A stretch of 63,218 bases of DNA, filler included, from Reclinomonas americana ATCC 50394 (taxonomy: Eukaryota), in assembly GCA_048213135.1 (NCBI GenBank). It is 5 parts of 5 records of this genome, joined end to end, with 100 filler letters (N's around TTAATTAATTAA, not from the genome) between each part and the next. Parts side by side here need not be neighbours in the genome. Positions count along the whole stretch, not along the records: positions 1 to 29,117 come from PS015703.1; 4 more parts are not named here. The stretch is one strand, 5' to 3'. The notes beneath the pieces are model-generated. The model worked only from the letters and a program-made list of their open reading frames with translations, was not told the origin of the DNA and searched no databases. Both the position numbers and the translations under genes were made by a program. Below, piece by piece: positions 1 to 12,079 of the stretch. The stretch's first letter is position 1. Every line of letters begins with the position of its first letter.

Positions 1-103
1 ACACACACACACAACTCACTCACTCACTCACTCACTCACTCACTCACTCACTCACACACACACACTCTCTCACACACTCACTCACTCACTCTCTCACACA
101 CAC

Positions 104-390
104 CTCGCGGATCAGGCAGCTTCGGATCAGGCTTGCGATCAGTCGAGTCACAGTCTCCGGGAATCGCCTGAGGATGCGTCTGCACACACACAAACACAGA
201 GAAAGTCAGTCTCAAGTCTCTCTTACACACTCACTCTCTCTCACTCTTCTCTTCTTACCTTGTAACACTGCACTTGAGTGCCATGGCGTCGACACGGCTT
301 GTACACTCCGCGAAGGGCCGCACTCAATGACGCGCATGCGAGGAGAGTGAGCAGTGTGAGGAGGAGAAAGTGTGTGCAAGAGGCTCTCAT
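104..390 (-). CDS. 5' part of a secreted protein of unknown function (continues off the left edge)
   Basis: Exon 390-259 (MRASCTHFLLLTLLTLLACASLSAA..., hydrophobic signal-like) has a GTAAGA donor. Exon 179-104 (THPQAIPGDCDSTDRKPDPKLPDPR) is in phase, with CAG acceptor and GTGTGT donor. Confidence 0.5.
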
Positions 391-667
391 GTGGTCGTCG
401 CTCGCACGCAAGAGGCAAGAGGTGAAGAATGCCACGTGGCACTTACGTCATATTAGCGACTCTCGACGTTTGTCCCGATTGGAGTAGTCTTGCAACTGGC
501 GATGATGCTTTTTCCTTTGCAGCAGCTTGTAGTTGAGTAGGTTATTACAGTGGGTTGAGTTTTGTCAGTGCCTTTGACGGTGCAGTCGACGTCGTGAGAG
601 ATTTGCACCATTTGCATGAAATACCGGAACCGGTATTTGCAGCGATTTTCTTCTTCACGATCGTTGC

Positions 668-1185
668 CAACAACAAATTCATTCACCAGCAAACAAGCGA
701 CAGCTGTCTTGATGACCAAGTTCAACCGTATCCAAAACATCAACACAAACACCAATCTTGAGGCAGCAGCAGGTTCGAATTCCTTCACTCTCGGAGCTCC
801 AAACAAGTCGAGAACTGCGATCTTCACTGCATCAGTGTGCTTGACCAGTGGATTTGACGCACTTGCATTGACGCATAGTGTTTTCAGCGATCGTATCACG
901 GCACATCAAATTCGGGAAAAGGGTTGAACTTGGTACCATGGTCATCAAGACAGCTGTTGCTTGTTTGTTGGTGAATGAATTGTTGTTGTTGTTAAGCCAG
1001 GCTCCGAGAAGCAGGCAAAGTAAAAACAGTGGAGGCGTCGTAGTTGGTGGTGTGGCTGAACACATCTCGACTTTTTGCTCGTTTTCCGGGTTGTCTGCAG
1101 ATCTGAGTTTCTGGTGCTCACTCAAGATGGTGATCATCATGCAGCTGTGTTGCTGTTTGGATTAGTATAAAGTTGTTGTTGTTGT
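668..1185. repeat. Two back-to-back, opposite-orientation fragments of a dispersed repeat; third copy at ~10273-10617
   Basis: ~668-922 is the diverged reverse complement of ~10273-10535. ~923-992 and ~1127-1185 match ~10479-10540 and ~10548-10617 directly (shared core ggtcatcaagacagctgttgcttgtttgttggtgaatgaatt). Confidence 0.85.
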
Positions 1186-1346
1186 CGTTGTTGTTGTAAA
1201 GAGAACTTGTTTCCCCAGCGCAGACCTCTGCTCGTTCATTCAACGATGCGATATAAAAAACATTTCACCATAACACGCAGCGTGTTTCGCACAAGATTGT
1301 CTCCTCCTCCTCCTCCTCCCCTCCCACTCTCCGTGCTGGAACCACT

Positions 1347-4340
1347 TCAGGCCAGCAGAGAGTACATGGCGGCCGTGGAGATGGCGGTCATTGTCGCAAA
1401 CGACAGGAATTTCTTCGCCTCGCGCTCCTTTTGCGCTGCCACGGCCTTGCGATCCAGCAAAAAGTCGAAACGCGTGCAAATGTACTTCCAGTGGCTGCGC
1501 CTGTTGTGCCACACGTGGAGTAAGCCTCCTTTTTCCACACACCTCCCCTTCTCCCTCGCAACCACTCACCAAATCAGCGCGTACATGCGGCCAAAGTCGG
1601 TGAGGAAGCGGCAAATGTAGCTCTCGGCCCACACTTTCGGATTCCAGATGCTCTTCTGCACGGCCACGCGTGACGCTTCCCAGCAAAAGTCGGCAAACAG
1701 GATGCCCACGGCCGACAGCAGGAGCGAGGCGACGGAGAAGGCCAGGCCTGTGTGGCACACAACATTGTGTTGGTCAACTTCTCTCTTGCAAAGAAATTGG
1801 CGAAGTAACGCACCACCACCAAACACAAAGCTCAAGGCAAAGGCGGCCACGAGGAACGAGATGAGCTCGACCGCCGACGGCAGCACGCGGAAGGTGAGGT
1901 GCGGGTGCGCAATGTTGAGGCAGCCGTCGCCAAAGGCCCAGCCGAAAAAGTGGCGATAGCACTCGCGGCGACAGGCGGCACCGTTGACGGCGGCATTGCC
2001 ATCGTCACACGAGGTGGCACCCCAGTACGGGTGACTGATGCGAGCCTCGGGCGCCGAGCGGAAGCGGCGACCATCGCAGCGCTGCACCAGCTGCAGGCAG
2101 AATTCGACATCCTCGCCACCACCTGCATCACAAACAAAAGAAGATCATCAGCGCCGGAATCATCATCACTGGTGTCTCCTCATTGATCACCCACCAGTGT
2201 TGGGGAAGAGCGGGGAGAATTCCAGCACGTTGCCGTGGCGTGGATCGTCTTTGGGGAAGCAGGTGCCCTCGACGACGGCGCGGCGCACCGCAATGTTGGC
2301 CGTCACGCCCCAAGGGCAGTACGGGCCCTTCAGTGACCAGGCCCAGCAAGCGGAAATGTCGCTGGCCACAAAGCCGCGCGTGAGCGACGTCTTGGGGTTG
2401 GGGAAGGCGGCGAGGCCGACAAAGCCCGGGAATGGCTTGTTGGGGCGGCGACTCATCTCGGCCTCGGCGCCGCGAAAGTAGGCAGCGTAGCGCTCCAGGA
2501 GGTCCTCATCGGGAATCACGTCGTCGTCGAGGAACACGATCCAGTCGCCGCTGCCGGCTTGCATGCCGCGGGTGCGGCTGCCAGAGGCACCGAGGTTGCG
2601 CTCGTTGACGAGGATGTGGAGGCGGTTGCCGCCTGGGGAGGGAAGGGAAAGGGAAAGTGAGGGGAAAGGGAAGGGCGATGTGAAAGAAAAGTCGGCAAGA
2701 GAAGGCTTCAGAGAATGAGTGAAAGAGAGAGAGAGAGAGAGAGAGAGACTGAGAGGCTGAGAGAGAGAAAGAGAGAGAACATCAACTCGCAGTAACACAC
2801 CCGTGCTCATGTCAACATGAATGAAGTTCGCATGCACAAGAGCATGGAGGCCCCTATCAGAGTGGCTCATGCAACAAGGACACAAAGAAATGGATGGAAA
2901 CTGGGCATGCAGGGATGGCGAGAGAAGAAGAACGCATCCATTCTGCGAGAGAGGACAGATCTGACGCAACAAGAGTGGAAAGAAGCGGGGCAAGCATGTG
3001 CAAGATAGGAGAACGAGAGTGCTCTCTTCTTACAACTGAGAGTGCAAAGAGAATGGCAACAAGAAGAAAGAAACGGAAGCACGGCAGAGGGCTTCACGAA
3101 GAGCGTGAGAAGGAAAAGGAAGAAGCACTACTGAGATCGGCTACTAAAAAGGACAGCAGATCACGGCGGATCAGACTGCCTCAGAGCAAGAACACGAGAA
3201 GATAGGGGCAGCAAGACAAGGCTGTCGTGCCAAGGACATGCTTTACAGCGGAGGGAGAGATGGGATCAGGAACACAGAGAGGCTTTACAACGGGACCAGC
3301 CAGATACTCTCAGAATGACAAAGGCGAAGAGTGCACTGTAGCCTCCTGGACGCGAGTCGTGACATGAGCACGGAGGAGGAGAGAAGGCGGATGACGGATA
3401 GAAGGAGAGACAGAGCTGTCTATGCTTTACAGTGGAGAGAGAGAGAGGAGGGGATCAGGAACACACAGAGGCTTTACGATGGGACACCTGAGATGAGAGG
3501 GAAGAGCACGAGATACTGTGGCCTCTAGGCTCACCACATGTGCACTGAGGAAGAGAGAGGACGGAAACCGGACAAGACGGATCGAAGGGGAAAGGCAAAG
3601 ACATGATGATCCGCGTCACAAGGACAGCGCAATTCGCAGAGATTCTCGCGCCAACCTGCGATACTCCCTCTCAGCCCTCCTCTCCCTCCCTTCCAACGTC
3701 AAGCCACAGCCTCGACCACCATTGTCTTTCTCTGATGCTCAGGCAAAAGCGCAAAGAACCTTCTCGTGCTCTCAAATTCAGATGAAGATCTCTTGCTCTC
3801 CTTTCTCGCTTGCCACGACACGCGCTGAGGTGCTGCAAGGCTCGTGCAACAACTGAGATCAACTCCCTCTCTCGCCCACTCTCTTGATTGCTCCCAACAA
3901 CTGCCTCTGCGCGAGTGTAGTCACTCTCGCTCTCTCTCTCTCTTCTCCTCTCTCCGCTTCCCTCCCCTCTCCCCTTGCCCCCTCCACGCACCCTGCAACT
4001 TCCCCCAGCTCTTGATCTCCGCCGGCAATGGAATGTGCGGATTATCAATCACCAAGTAAAAGTTGACATCCATCATGGTGTCGACTCCACCGCCCCGCTC
4101 CCGCCGATCCTCATCATCCAACGGCACATCGACGCGTCCATTTCGAATGCGCAGAATGTCGCGCAGGCGATCGAGGCGCACGCGATACGAGGGAACCACC
4201 ACGTCCATGCGAATCATTGCACCACCACTGTTGTTGTTGCGTGCTGGTCGCTCGTGGTTGAAGTCGTCGTCGTCGTCGTCCTCTGATGACGACGACCAGG
4301 TGGTCTCGTCGAACCACTGGCGTTGTTGGTGCGCTGTCAT
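1347..4340 (-). CDS. GT2-family (GT-A fold) glycosyltransferase with C-terminal membrane segments; multi-exon
   Basis: MDVVVPSYR start; NLGASGSRTRG; WIVFLDDD (DxD); TANIAVRR; TGGGEDVEF after splicing; hydrophobic C-terminal helices; one ~1.3 kb GA-rich intron. Confidence 0.85.
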
Positions 4341-4661
4341 TCTTTTTTATTTCTCGTTTGTTGTCTTTGCTCGCCACAAGGTTGAGGAAATTGACCGTTA
4401 CGAATCATGACCAAAATGTGCGGCGTCGTTGCCGTTTCCGTGGTGAGATGCACGCACCGCCACTGTGACTGTGCGTGTGAAACCAAAACAACCGCAGGCG
4501 AAGAGAGACTGTCGGTGGTCTGCCACTGCTTTGTCCCATTGCAGAGGGGCTTGCACTCGACTTGTTCCGATGCATGATCATGCCGAGAGCAGCAGACAGC
4601 GATGATCGTTCATTACAACCAAGCGTTAGCATCCTGGCGAAGATCTGATGGACAGCAGCAT

Positions 4662-7600
4662 TCAGTACAAGGCCCCAGAAAAATGGGGCATCAGCTCGGA
4701 ATTCCGCTCGCGCAAGCCCCCTTGGTGTCTGCGGAGTTCGCGATCCTCTGTATCAGAATTCTGGACGTTGAGCTCGACGGTGAAGACGAGCTCGCCAGCT
4801 GCGAGAACGAGGAGTACTCGAGAGTCTCGTCGTGCATCTCCGTTTGCCTCCACATCGCTGTCGCTCAGAGTAAGCTGATTCACCAAAGTGACAGCGACAG
4901 AAAGCACACCACTAGTGTGTCCTCTAAGCAGGCGCACATGTTCTCCGCTTACCACCGACCACACTCGCACAGTCATGTCATGACTCCCACTCGCAACATA
5001 CTGACCATCGGGAGTGACGGCGACTGTCCACACCACATTTGTGTTGCCAGTACATCGTCGGACTTCCTCCCCAGTTGCCAGTGACCACACTCGTACTGTC
5101 TTGTCATAACTCCCGCTCACTACATGCTGTCCGTCGAGAAAGACTGCGATAGACGACACGCCCATCTCGTGCCCTTCCAGCCGTCGCACCTCGTCGCCAC
5201 TCGCCACCGACCACACTCGCACTGTCGTGTCCTCACTCCCACTCACCACATGCAATCCATCGGGTGTCACGGCGACAGACGTGACCGCCCCCGCGTGTCC
5301 CTCAATGTGTCGCACCACTTCTCCACTCGTCAGTGACCACACTCGCACTGTTCTGTCCCCACTCCCGCTTACAACATGCTGACCATCGGGAGTGACGGCA
5401 ACGGAGTTCACCACCGAAGAATGCCCCACACAACGTCGCACTTCCTCACCGCTCGCCAACGACCACACACGCACAGTTTTGTCCCCACTCCCACTGACGA
5501 TAAACCGAGAGTCGGGAGTTACAGCGACAGACTGCACCGGCGCAGTGTGTCCCTCAAACCGTCGCACTTCTGCTCCACTCACCAGAGACCACACCCGAAC
5601 TGTCTCGTCCTTACTTCCACTCACAACGTGCTGACCATCGGGGGTGACGCCAACAGTATTCACCAAGCGACCATGACCCATAAACGGCTTCCTCGGCCAC
5701 TTCACGCCCGTCACATCCGCCTCTCTGAAGTCTGCCGCAATCGAATTCACCATGCACACATTCACCCCTCGCAAATCCGCACCCCTCCACACCGTCCTGT
5801 GCATCACCGCATCCCTCAGATCCGCACCCCTCACCCGCACACCCGACAGATCTCGCCCACTGAACGACACTTGTGCCATACACAACACCGTCGCTGCATT
5901 CGCCGCAGCCGTCACCACTCGCTCCTCATCCACCTCTTTCGACAACTCAATCACCTCCCACAGTCTCTCTTGCAACCGAGACGATCGTCGCACCACCTCA
6001 GCCATCTGCCCTACCAACGATGGTCGATCATTCAGCAGGCGCACAGCCAGCACATGCTGCTGCACATCTTGCATCGTCAATCTTCTCTCCTCATCCCAAG
6101 TCTCCCACGCAAACACATGTCGAGACACACAGTGCTCCAGCAACGACAGATGCACGAATCCCCACTGTGTCGTCCCATAGCGTCGCACAATCGGGCAGCA
6201 CACTCGCACGTGCTGGTTCTTGTGCCCGAGGAACTTGTCAAATGGTCCCTCTTCCACTCGTCGCACGGAGAGTGGCGCACCACCAAAGTCGTCCTCCTCT
6301 TCCTCTCCGTCATCACCTGCTCGATTCTCTATCACAGACACCCGCACCACATTCCTCTCATGCATCAACCGTGCCAGTCCCTCACAGAATGAGATACACA
6401 AGTCCTCACTCGGTACACGCTTCGCACCAAGGCGCGTCTGTCTCTCCTGCTCTCTCGCAATCCACTGTCGAATGAATCGGTCAAACACATCACACCGAGT
6501 TGGTCGCTGCACGCCACTCGCCACCAACTCCGGCAACACACGAGCCACCACAGCTAACAGGAACGGGTTCGATACCAGCACATCCAGCCCTCGAATACCC
6601 ATCAGCGCACGCATGTACTCCTCGGCTGTTGACCACCGCACCTCACCATCGTCATCGCTCACTCGTGACACCAGTCGCTCAATGTACTTTTCGATCTGCT
6701 CCTTGTTGAACGGCGCAATGTGTCGCTCCATCAGCTGCTGCATGCACAACTGTCCACGTGCATCCACCGGTGCAAAGTACCGTCGATATTGTGCCACACC
6801 ACCCAGCGCCGTCAGTGCGTAATCAGCGCGACAGGTGATAATCACCTTCACATCGCGGCACACATCCAGCTGGTTCTTGACAAACAGATTCACCCCACGG
6901 TACAACTCATCGTATCCGTCAAGCAACACCAGTAGTGGCTCCTCCTTCAATCGTCGCACATCCGCCTCACTGAATCCCAACTCGGGAGACAGTCGCTCCA
7001 ATGCCTCCTCCAACAGTCGCTCATCTGCATTGCGGAGAGCACCAAGAGGCACGCGCACAGGCACTCGTCTGCTCTCTCTCGCCTGCCACTGTCGCCATGC
7101 TCGCTCAGCCAGCACCGACATGGTGGTGGTCTTGCCGGCTCCGCTGTTGCCGAATAAAACCAGCACACGCTGCATGGTGTTCTTGTCGGAGAGGAAAGCA
7201 TCCACCTCCGCTAACAGGTCTGTCATCTTGTCTCTCGCGGAGACATCGCGCTCACGCGAGCACAGCAGCGGAACATACATCTGCATGTCCTTGCGCACAC
7301 TTTCATCGTGTTGGTAGAACGAGAGCTCACGAAAAGCCAGTCGATGAAGTCGCTCCTCGAAGGTGCTGACGCTGAAGTCGAGATGGCGTGCCTCACGAAT
7401 TCGCGTCGCAAATCTGGCGACTGCACCGACAGGAATGCGCAGCTTCACCAACAGGGAGAGGAAGATACCAGCGTCACCGAGATATTCGTACACAGTGGAC
7501 TCGTCCCATCCCAACGATCCATGAGCCAACTCATTCCGTACCTCACGCACCAGTTCCACAGCCTTGCGCTCTTCAGCGTCGTCAATTAGCCGCAGCTTGC

Positions 7601-8483
7601 GACCATCATCTTCAACAAAGCCACCAAACAGCAGGATCGACACCAACGCCGTCACGTCCAATGCGTCACAGGGAGGGTCGGATGACGGGTCAGCGTCAAA
7701 CACAGATCTCCATTCCAGCACGTGCTGCTGCTGTGGCTCAAATAACTTGACTCGTCCGGGATGCAGCGGTGCATGTCGATCGTACCACGCTTTTATCGCC
7801 AATGGAAGCAAGCACAACGGTGGCGTCCACACGTCAGGAGTCCATGCCCGCACATCAAAGTCGGCATGATCGCGACTGAACTGCGCCAGAGCGCATTGAC
7901 AGCGCAAACGCAATGCATCGACTACTGACTCCCACGCCACATCAACGCGATTCGAGTGCACCATTCTGTGCAAGGCGTTGCGTGAGCAACATCAACTGCA
8001 GCGCCTCGGCAGACAACAAACCGCTCTGACAATGCCGAAGCACTGGACATGAAGAATGCACTTGGATTAGCAAAACGCATCCTCTCTCACACAAGAGACA
8101 GCAGCTTCGCACGCAGAATCACCTTGGAACTCCGTTTACGGTGCCAGCTGCAGAAGCAGGCGACATGGCCACTCGCACAACCAACGGAGTGTCGCTGTTG
8201 ATGCCCAGATCGTCCAGCTCCATTCCGCCAACCTTGGCGATCTTGAACTCTGATGGCTTCTCCACCCCCACAATCTCCACTCCCTCATCACCACTCTTCT
8301 CACGCAACCGACGCGTGGCCTCGCGCAGCAAGTCCGCGAGTGTGGACGCGGCCGACATGCCCTCCACGAACACGACGAGCGCTGAATCGTGTGAGGCCAC
8401 GACACGGACAGAGAACTGCGTGTGCGATGGTCAGCACACAGTGAAAGCACACACAGCACAGAGGGAACCCGCACCGTTGACAT
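4662..8483 (-). CDS. NLR-like STAND NTPase: ubiquitin-like? N-terminus, HEPN, NACHT, pentapeptide repeats, WD40 repeats
   Basis: RNELAH (Rx4H) at 7521-7538; Walker A GNSGAGKT; Walker B LLVLLDGYDE; VIITCR; NPFLL; GFVHLSLLEH; AAANAATVL followed by xDLxG pentapeptides; ~6-7 GH...VAVTPDG..VVSGS.D.TVRVW repeats. The link to upstream exons (ATG 8483, exon ~8415-8122) is inferred from splice sites and is less certain. Confidence 0.88.
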
Positions 8484-8568
8484 TGTGCTTGCGTCGTGTG
8501 AAGCAAGGCAAGTGTGATTAGAATGCGGATGAATGAAAAAGACGACGAACCATACCACAGCCGGCGCC

Positions 8569-9985
8569 ATGCTTGGTGAGTGTGCCTGTGCGCCTCTCTC
8601 CTCTGTGTGCGACTGTCGTTCACTTGAGTGTTTGCATGTGCGTGTTTGAACAGGCAATCCCGATGTGCCGAGCATGGTGTGTGAGAATGAGAATGAGAAA
8701 GAAACACGCGTGGATGCGCATACATACACACACACGCGCGCGCACGCACGCACACGTACGCACACACGCACACACGCATACAGGGAGAGAGAGACAAGAG
8801 AAATCGAGACTCAAGAGACGTCTTCTCTCTCCCTCCTTCCCTTCTCCTCTCTCACTTCCCCTCTTTCAGACCCTCCCCGGCCACACCGGCCGCATCCGCT
8901 GCCTGACCACCTCCCTCGACTGCCGCCGCCTGGCCAGCGCCGGCGACGACCGCATCGTGCGCATCTGGTCGCTGGACAGCGGCGACCTCTTGCACGCCTC
9001 ACACCGTCGCGACCACCCTTCCCCGATCCAGTCGGTGGCCTTTGTCGACCCCGAGGGCACGCGAGTGGTCACCGCCAGCAAGGACGGCAAGGTGCGCCAC
9101 TGGTCGCCTCTGGAGAAAGTTTTCAGTACCGTCACCGACCTCTGCCACTGCCACGTGACGGCAGTGTATGCGGTGGCGGCGGCGGTGGCGCCTCGGCACC
9201 GATTCCGACAGTGCGTCAGTGGCGGTGGCGATGGGCGTGTAATCATGCAAGGAAATCGACACAGGGCGCGATGCCAGCATTCGCATCGTGTGTGCTCGGT
9301 GGCCATCACGAGAGATGGGTCGCGCACAGTGAGCTACGACCGCAACGGCACCATTTGTGTGTGGAACACGGAGACGGAACAGTTGACGTGTCGCATGTCG
9401 CATGTGGAGGACGCGGCAAGGCGGCACCATGTTGAGTGCGTGTTGACGTTGACCCCGGACGAGCAGTGCATTGTCAGCACGGGTTACGACGGGAGGCTGC
9501 GCGTGTGGAACTTGGCGACGGGCGTGCAGGATCCGCTTCTGGCGCGAAGGTGTAGCTCTTTTTCGCACTCGGTGGCCACAGCTCTCCGCGGCGACACGGT
9601 ATTGGTGATGACCAGTGAAGACAGCGGCGTGACACTGTGGGCTCTGGATCGCACACCCGTTGTCATGCAGTTGACTGTGTACTGGCCCGGGGAAGGGGTC
9701 CGCAGCGTGACGGCGGCGGCCATGACGGCAGATGCAACTGCCATTGTGATGGGGCGTGATGACGGCGTCATTTTGGTTTGGCGTTCGCGACTGGGTGCGG
9801 CGATGGCCGAGCGAGAGGCGGCGCGGAGGGCGTGGGAGGCGCTGGCGGAAGTGGAGGGCGAGCGAGAGGAGGAAGAAGGAGACGGACAACCGCTGCCGAT
9901 GCTGGTGCTCCGGTGCTTTCTGCTGGAGGACGCCGAGGTGCAGGTGTGGAGGGTGCAGAGTGATCACGAGGTGTTGTGGTGGTGA
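8569..9985 (+). CDS. WD40-repeat protein, divergently transcribed from the NLR-like gene
   Basis: GH...LASAGDDRIVRIW, VTASKDGKVRHW, VSTGYDGRLRVW repeats. Predicted start ATG CTT G|gtgagt, then an 11-nt exon (GCAATCCCGAT) and the main exon from ~8870, giving MLGNPDTLPGH. Confidence 0.8.
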
Positions 9986-10272
9986 CGGATGGATGCGGTG
10001 CGGCGGCGTTGCTATGTGGTTCAGTGGCTGTGGCTGTCGTTTATGTCATAGATTCGCTTGTGGGTCGATCGGATCTTTTGCTCTTCATGCGAGCCGAGTT
10101 GTGAGCAGGTTGATGTGGCTTCATGTGTCACTGTCAGTGAATGCACTGCTATTCATTGTTGATAATGTTGCCAGCACTCGACTCGGGGGCGTCCAGAACT
10201 CGGAAGTGGTTGTTAACGACTTTGACCTCGAGCTCCATGGCCAATAGCCCTGTTCTCCTTGGATATCAAGTT

Positions 10273-10617
10273 TCCTTTTCCCGAATTCGATGTGCCGTGT
10301 ACGATCGCAGAAAACGCTATGCGTCTATGCAAGTCGTCAAATCCACTGGTCAACCACGCTTATGCGGTGAAGATCGCAGTTCTCGACTTGTTCGGAGCTC
10401 CGAGAGCGAAGACACACACACACACAAGAAACCTGCTGCTGCCTCAAGATTGGTGTCTGTGTTGATGTTTTGAATACGGCTGAACTTGGTCATCAAGACA
10501 GCTGTTGCTTGTTTGTTGGTGAATGAATTTGTTGTTGTTGCTGTGGTGATGGGTATCATCGATATCATGCATCTGTGTTGCTGTCTGGCCATGAATCAGT
10601 AAAGTTGTTGTTGTTGT
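10273..10617 (+). repeat. Dispersed repeat copy related to 668-1185
   Basis: Direct sequence similarity as described for 668-1185. Confidence 0.85.
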
Positions 10618-10763
10618 GGCACAACCTTGACCCTTGTCAAGACACGTACGCTGCGAGGTCAAGCTTGCTCTGTCTCCACTCTTGTTCCTTTCATCCATGA
10701 CCCATGACCTTTTCAAGTCGAAAGTTGCAGGACGCACGCAAGCTTCCTCTTCATCGTCTATCA

Positions 10764-11603
10764 ATGAGCGTGCTGTGGGCGTTTCTCCGAGAGAGTGTAA
10801 TGGGCCTTCTCGCCTCCGCATTCCCACCTCCACCGACGTTGCCCGAGAGTGCCGTGTTGCAGAGTGTGTGCATGCAAACACACAGTCGTCACTAAGTCAC
10901 TGTCCTCACTCTGCGAGTCACAGCTCGCCCCAACACTGCTCTGAGCATCGCCGCTTCCTCTTCCTCTTCTTCTTCTTCTTCCTCCTCCTCTGCTGCGCAT
11001 CGCTCCTCCGCATCGTGGCAATGTCGCAAGTGCCTGAGCACTGTGTTCACTGTGGGCGAGATGAGCGAGTGTGGCAGTCTGCTCACCAAGATTCTCAACG
11101 TGCAAGACCGTCGCTTTGTGACTGTGACGTGCGAGGAGTGTGGTGAGTGATGNNNNNNNNNNNNNNNNNNNNNNNNNNNNNNNNNNNNNNNNNNNNNNNN
11201 NNNNNNNNNNNNNNNNNNNNNNNNNNNNNNNNNNNNNNNNNNNNNNNNNNNNNNNNNNNNNNNNNNNNNNNNNNNNNNNNNNNNNNNNNNNNNNNNNNNN
11301 NNNNNNNNNNNNNNNNNNNNNNNNNNNNNNNNNNNNNNNNNNNNNNNNNNNNNNNNNNNNNNNNNNNNNNNNNNNNNNNNNNNNNNNNNNNNNNNNNNNN
11401 NNNNNNNNNNNNNNNNNNNNNNNNNNNNNNNNNNNNNNNNNNNNNNNNNNNNNNNNNNNNNNNNNNNNNNNNNNNNNNNNNNNNNNNNNNNNNNNNNNNN
11501 NNNNNNNNNNNNNNNNNNNNNNNNNNNNNNNNNNNNNNNNNNNNNNNNNNNNNNNNNNNNNNNNNNNNNNNNNNNNNNNNNNNNNNNNNNNNNNNNNNNN
11601 NNN

Positions 11604-11682
<79 letters not shown>

Positions 11683-12047
11683 TCTCTCTCTCTTCTCTCT
11701 CTCCTCTCTCTCTCTCTTCTTCTTCTTCTTCTTCTTCTCTTCTTTCTTCTTCTTCTCCTTCTTCTTCTTCTCCTTCTCCTTCTCCTTCTTGTTCTTCTCC
11801 TTCTACTTATTGTTCTTGTTCTTCTTCTTCTTCTTCTTGTTCTTGTTCTTGTTCTTCTTCTCCTACTCCTCCTTCGTCTCCTCCTCCTCCTCCTCTTCCT
11901 TCTTCTTCTTCTTCCCTTCCCCTTCCCCTCCCTTTCCCCCTCCCACCCTTCCCCTTCCCCACCCTTCCCCCCTACCCAGGCTTCACCCAATACTGGGAAC
12001 GCCGACAACCATGGATGACCAACGCCATCGACATGCTGATCCGCTAA
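10764..12047 (+). CDS. Zinc-ribbon protein resembling prokaryotic DUF2082/COG3478, with a Ser-rich N-terminal extension; 3 exons, intron 2 spans an N gap
   Basis: Spliced product ...WQCRKCLSTVFTVGEMSECGSLLTKILNVQDRRFVTVTCEEC|GFTQYWERRQPWMTNAIDMLIR* (donor GTGAGT 11143, exon 11980-12047). Matches the family pattern as I recall it: CxxC...GE...L.K..dVQ...F..V.CxxCGyTe.Y...N..D. Confidence 0.8.
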
Positions 12048-12079
12048 TCATTCACCCCTCCTCGGTTCACTCCATTCTA

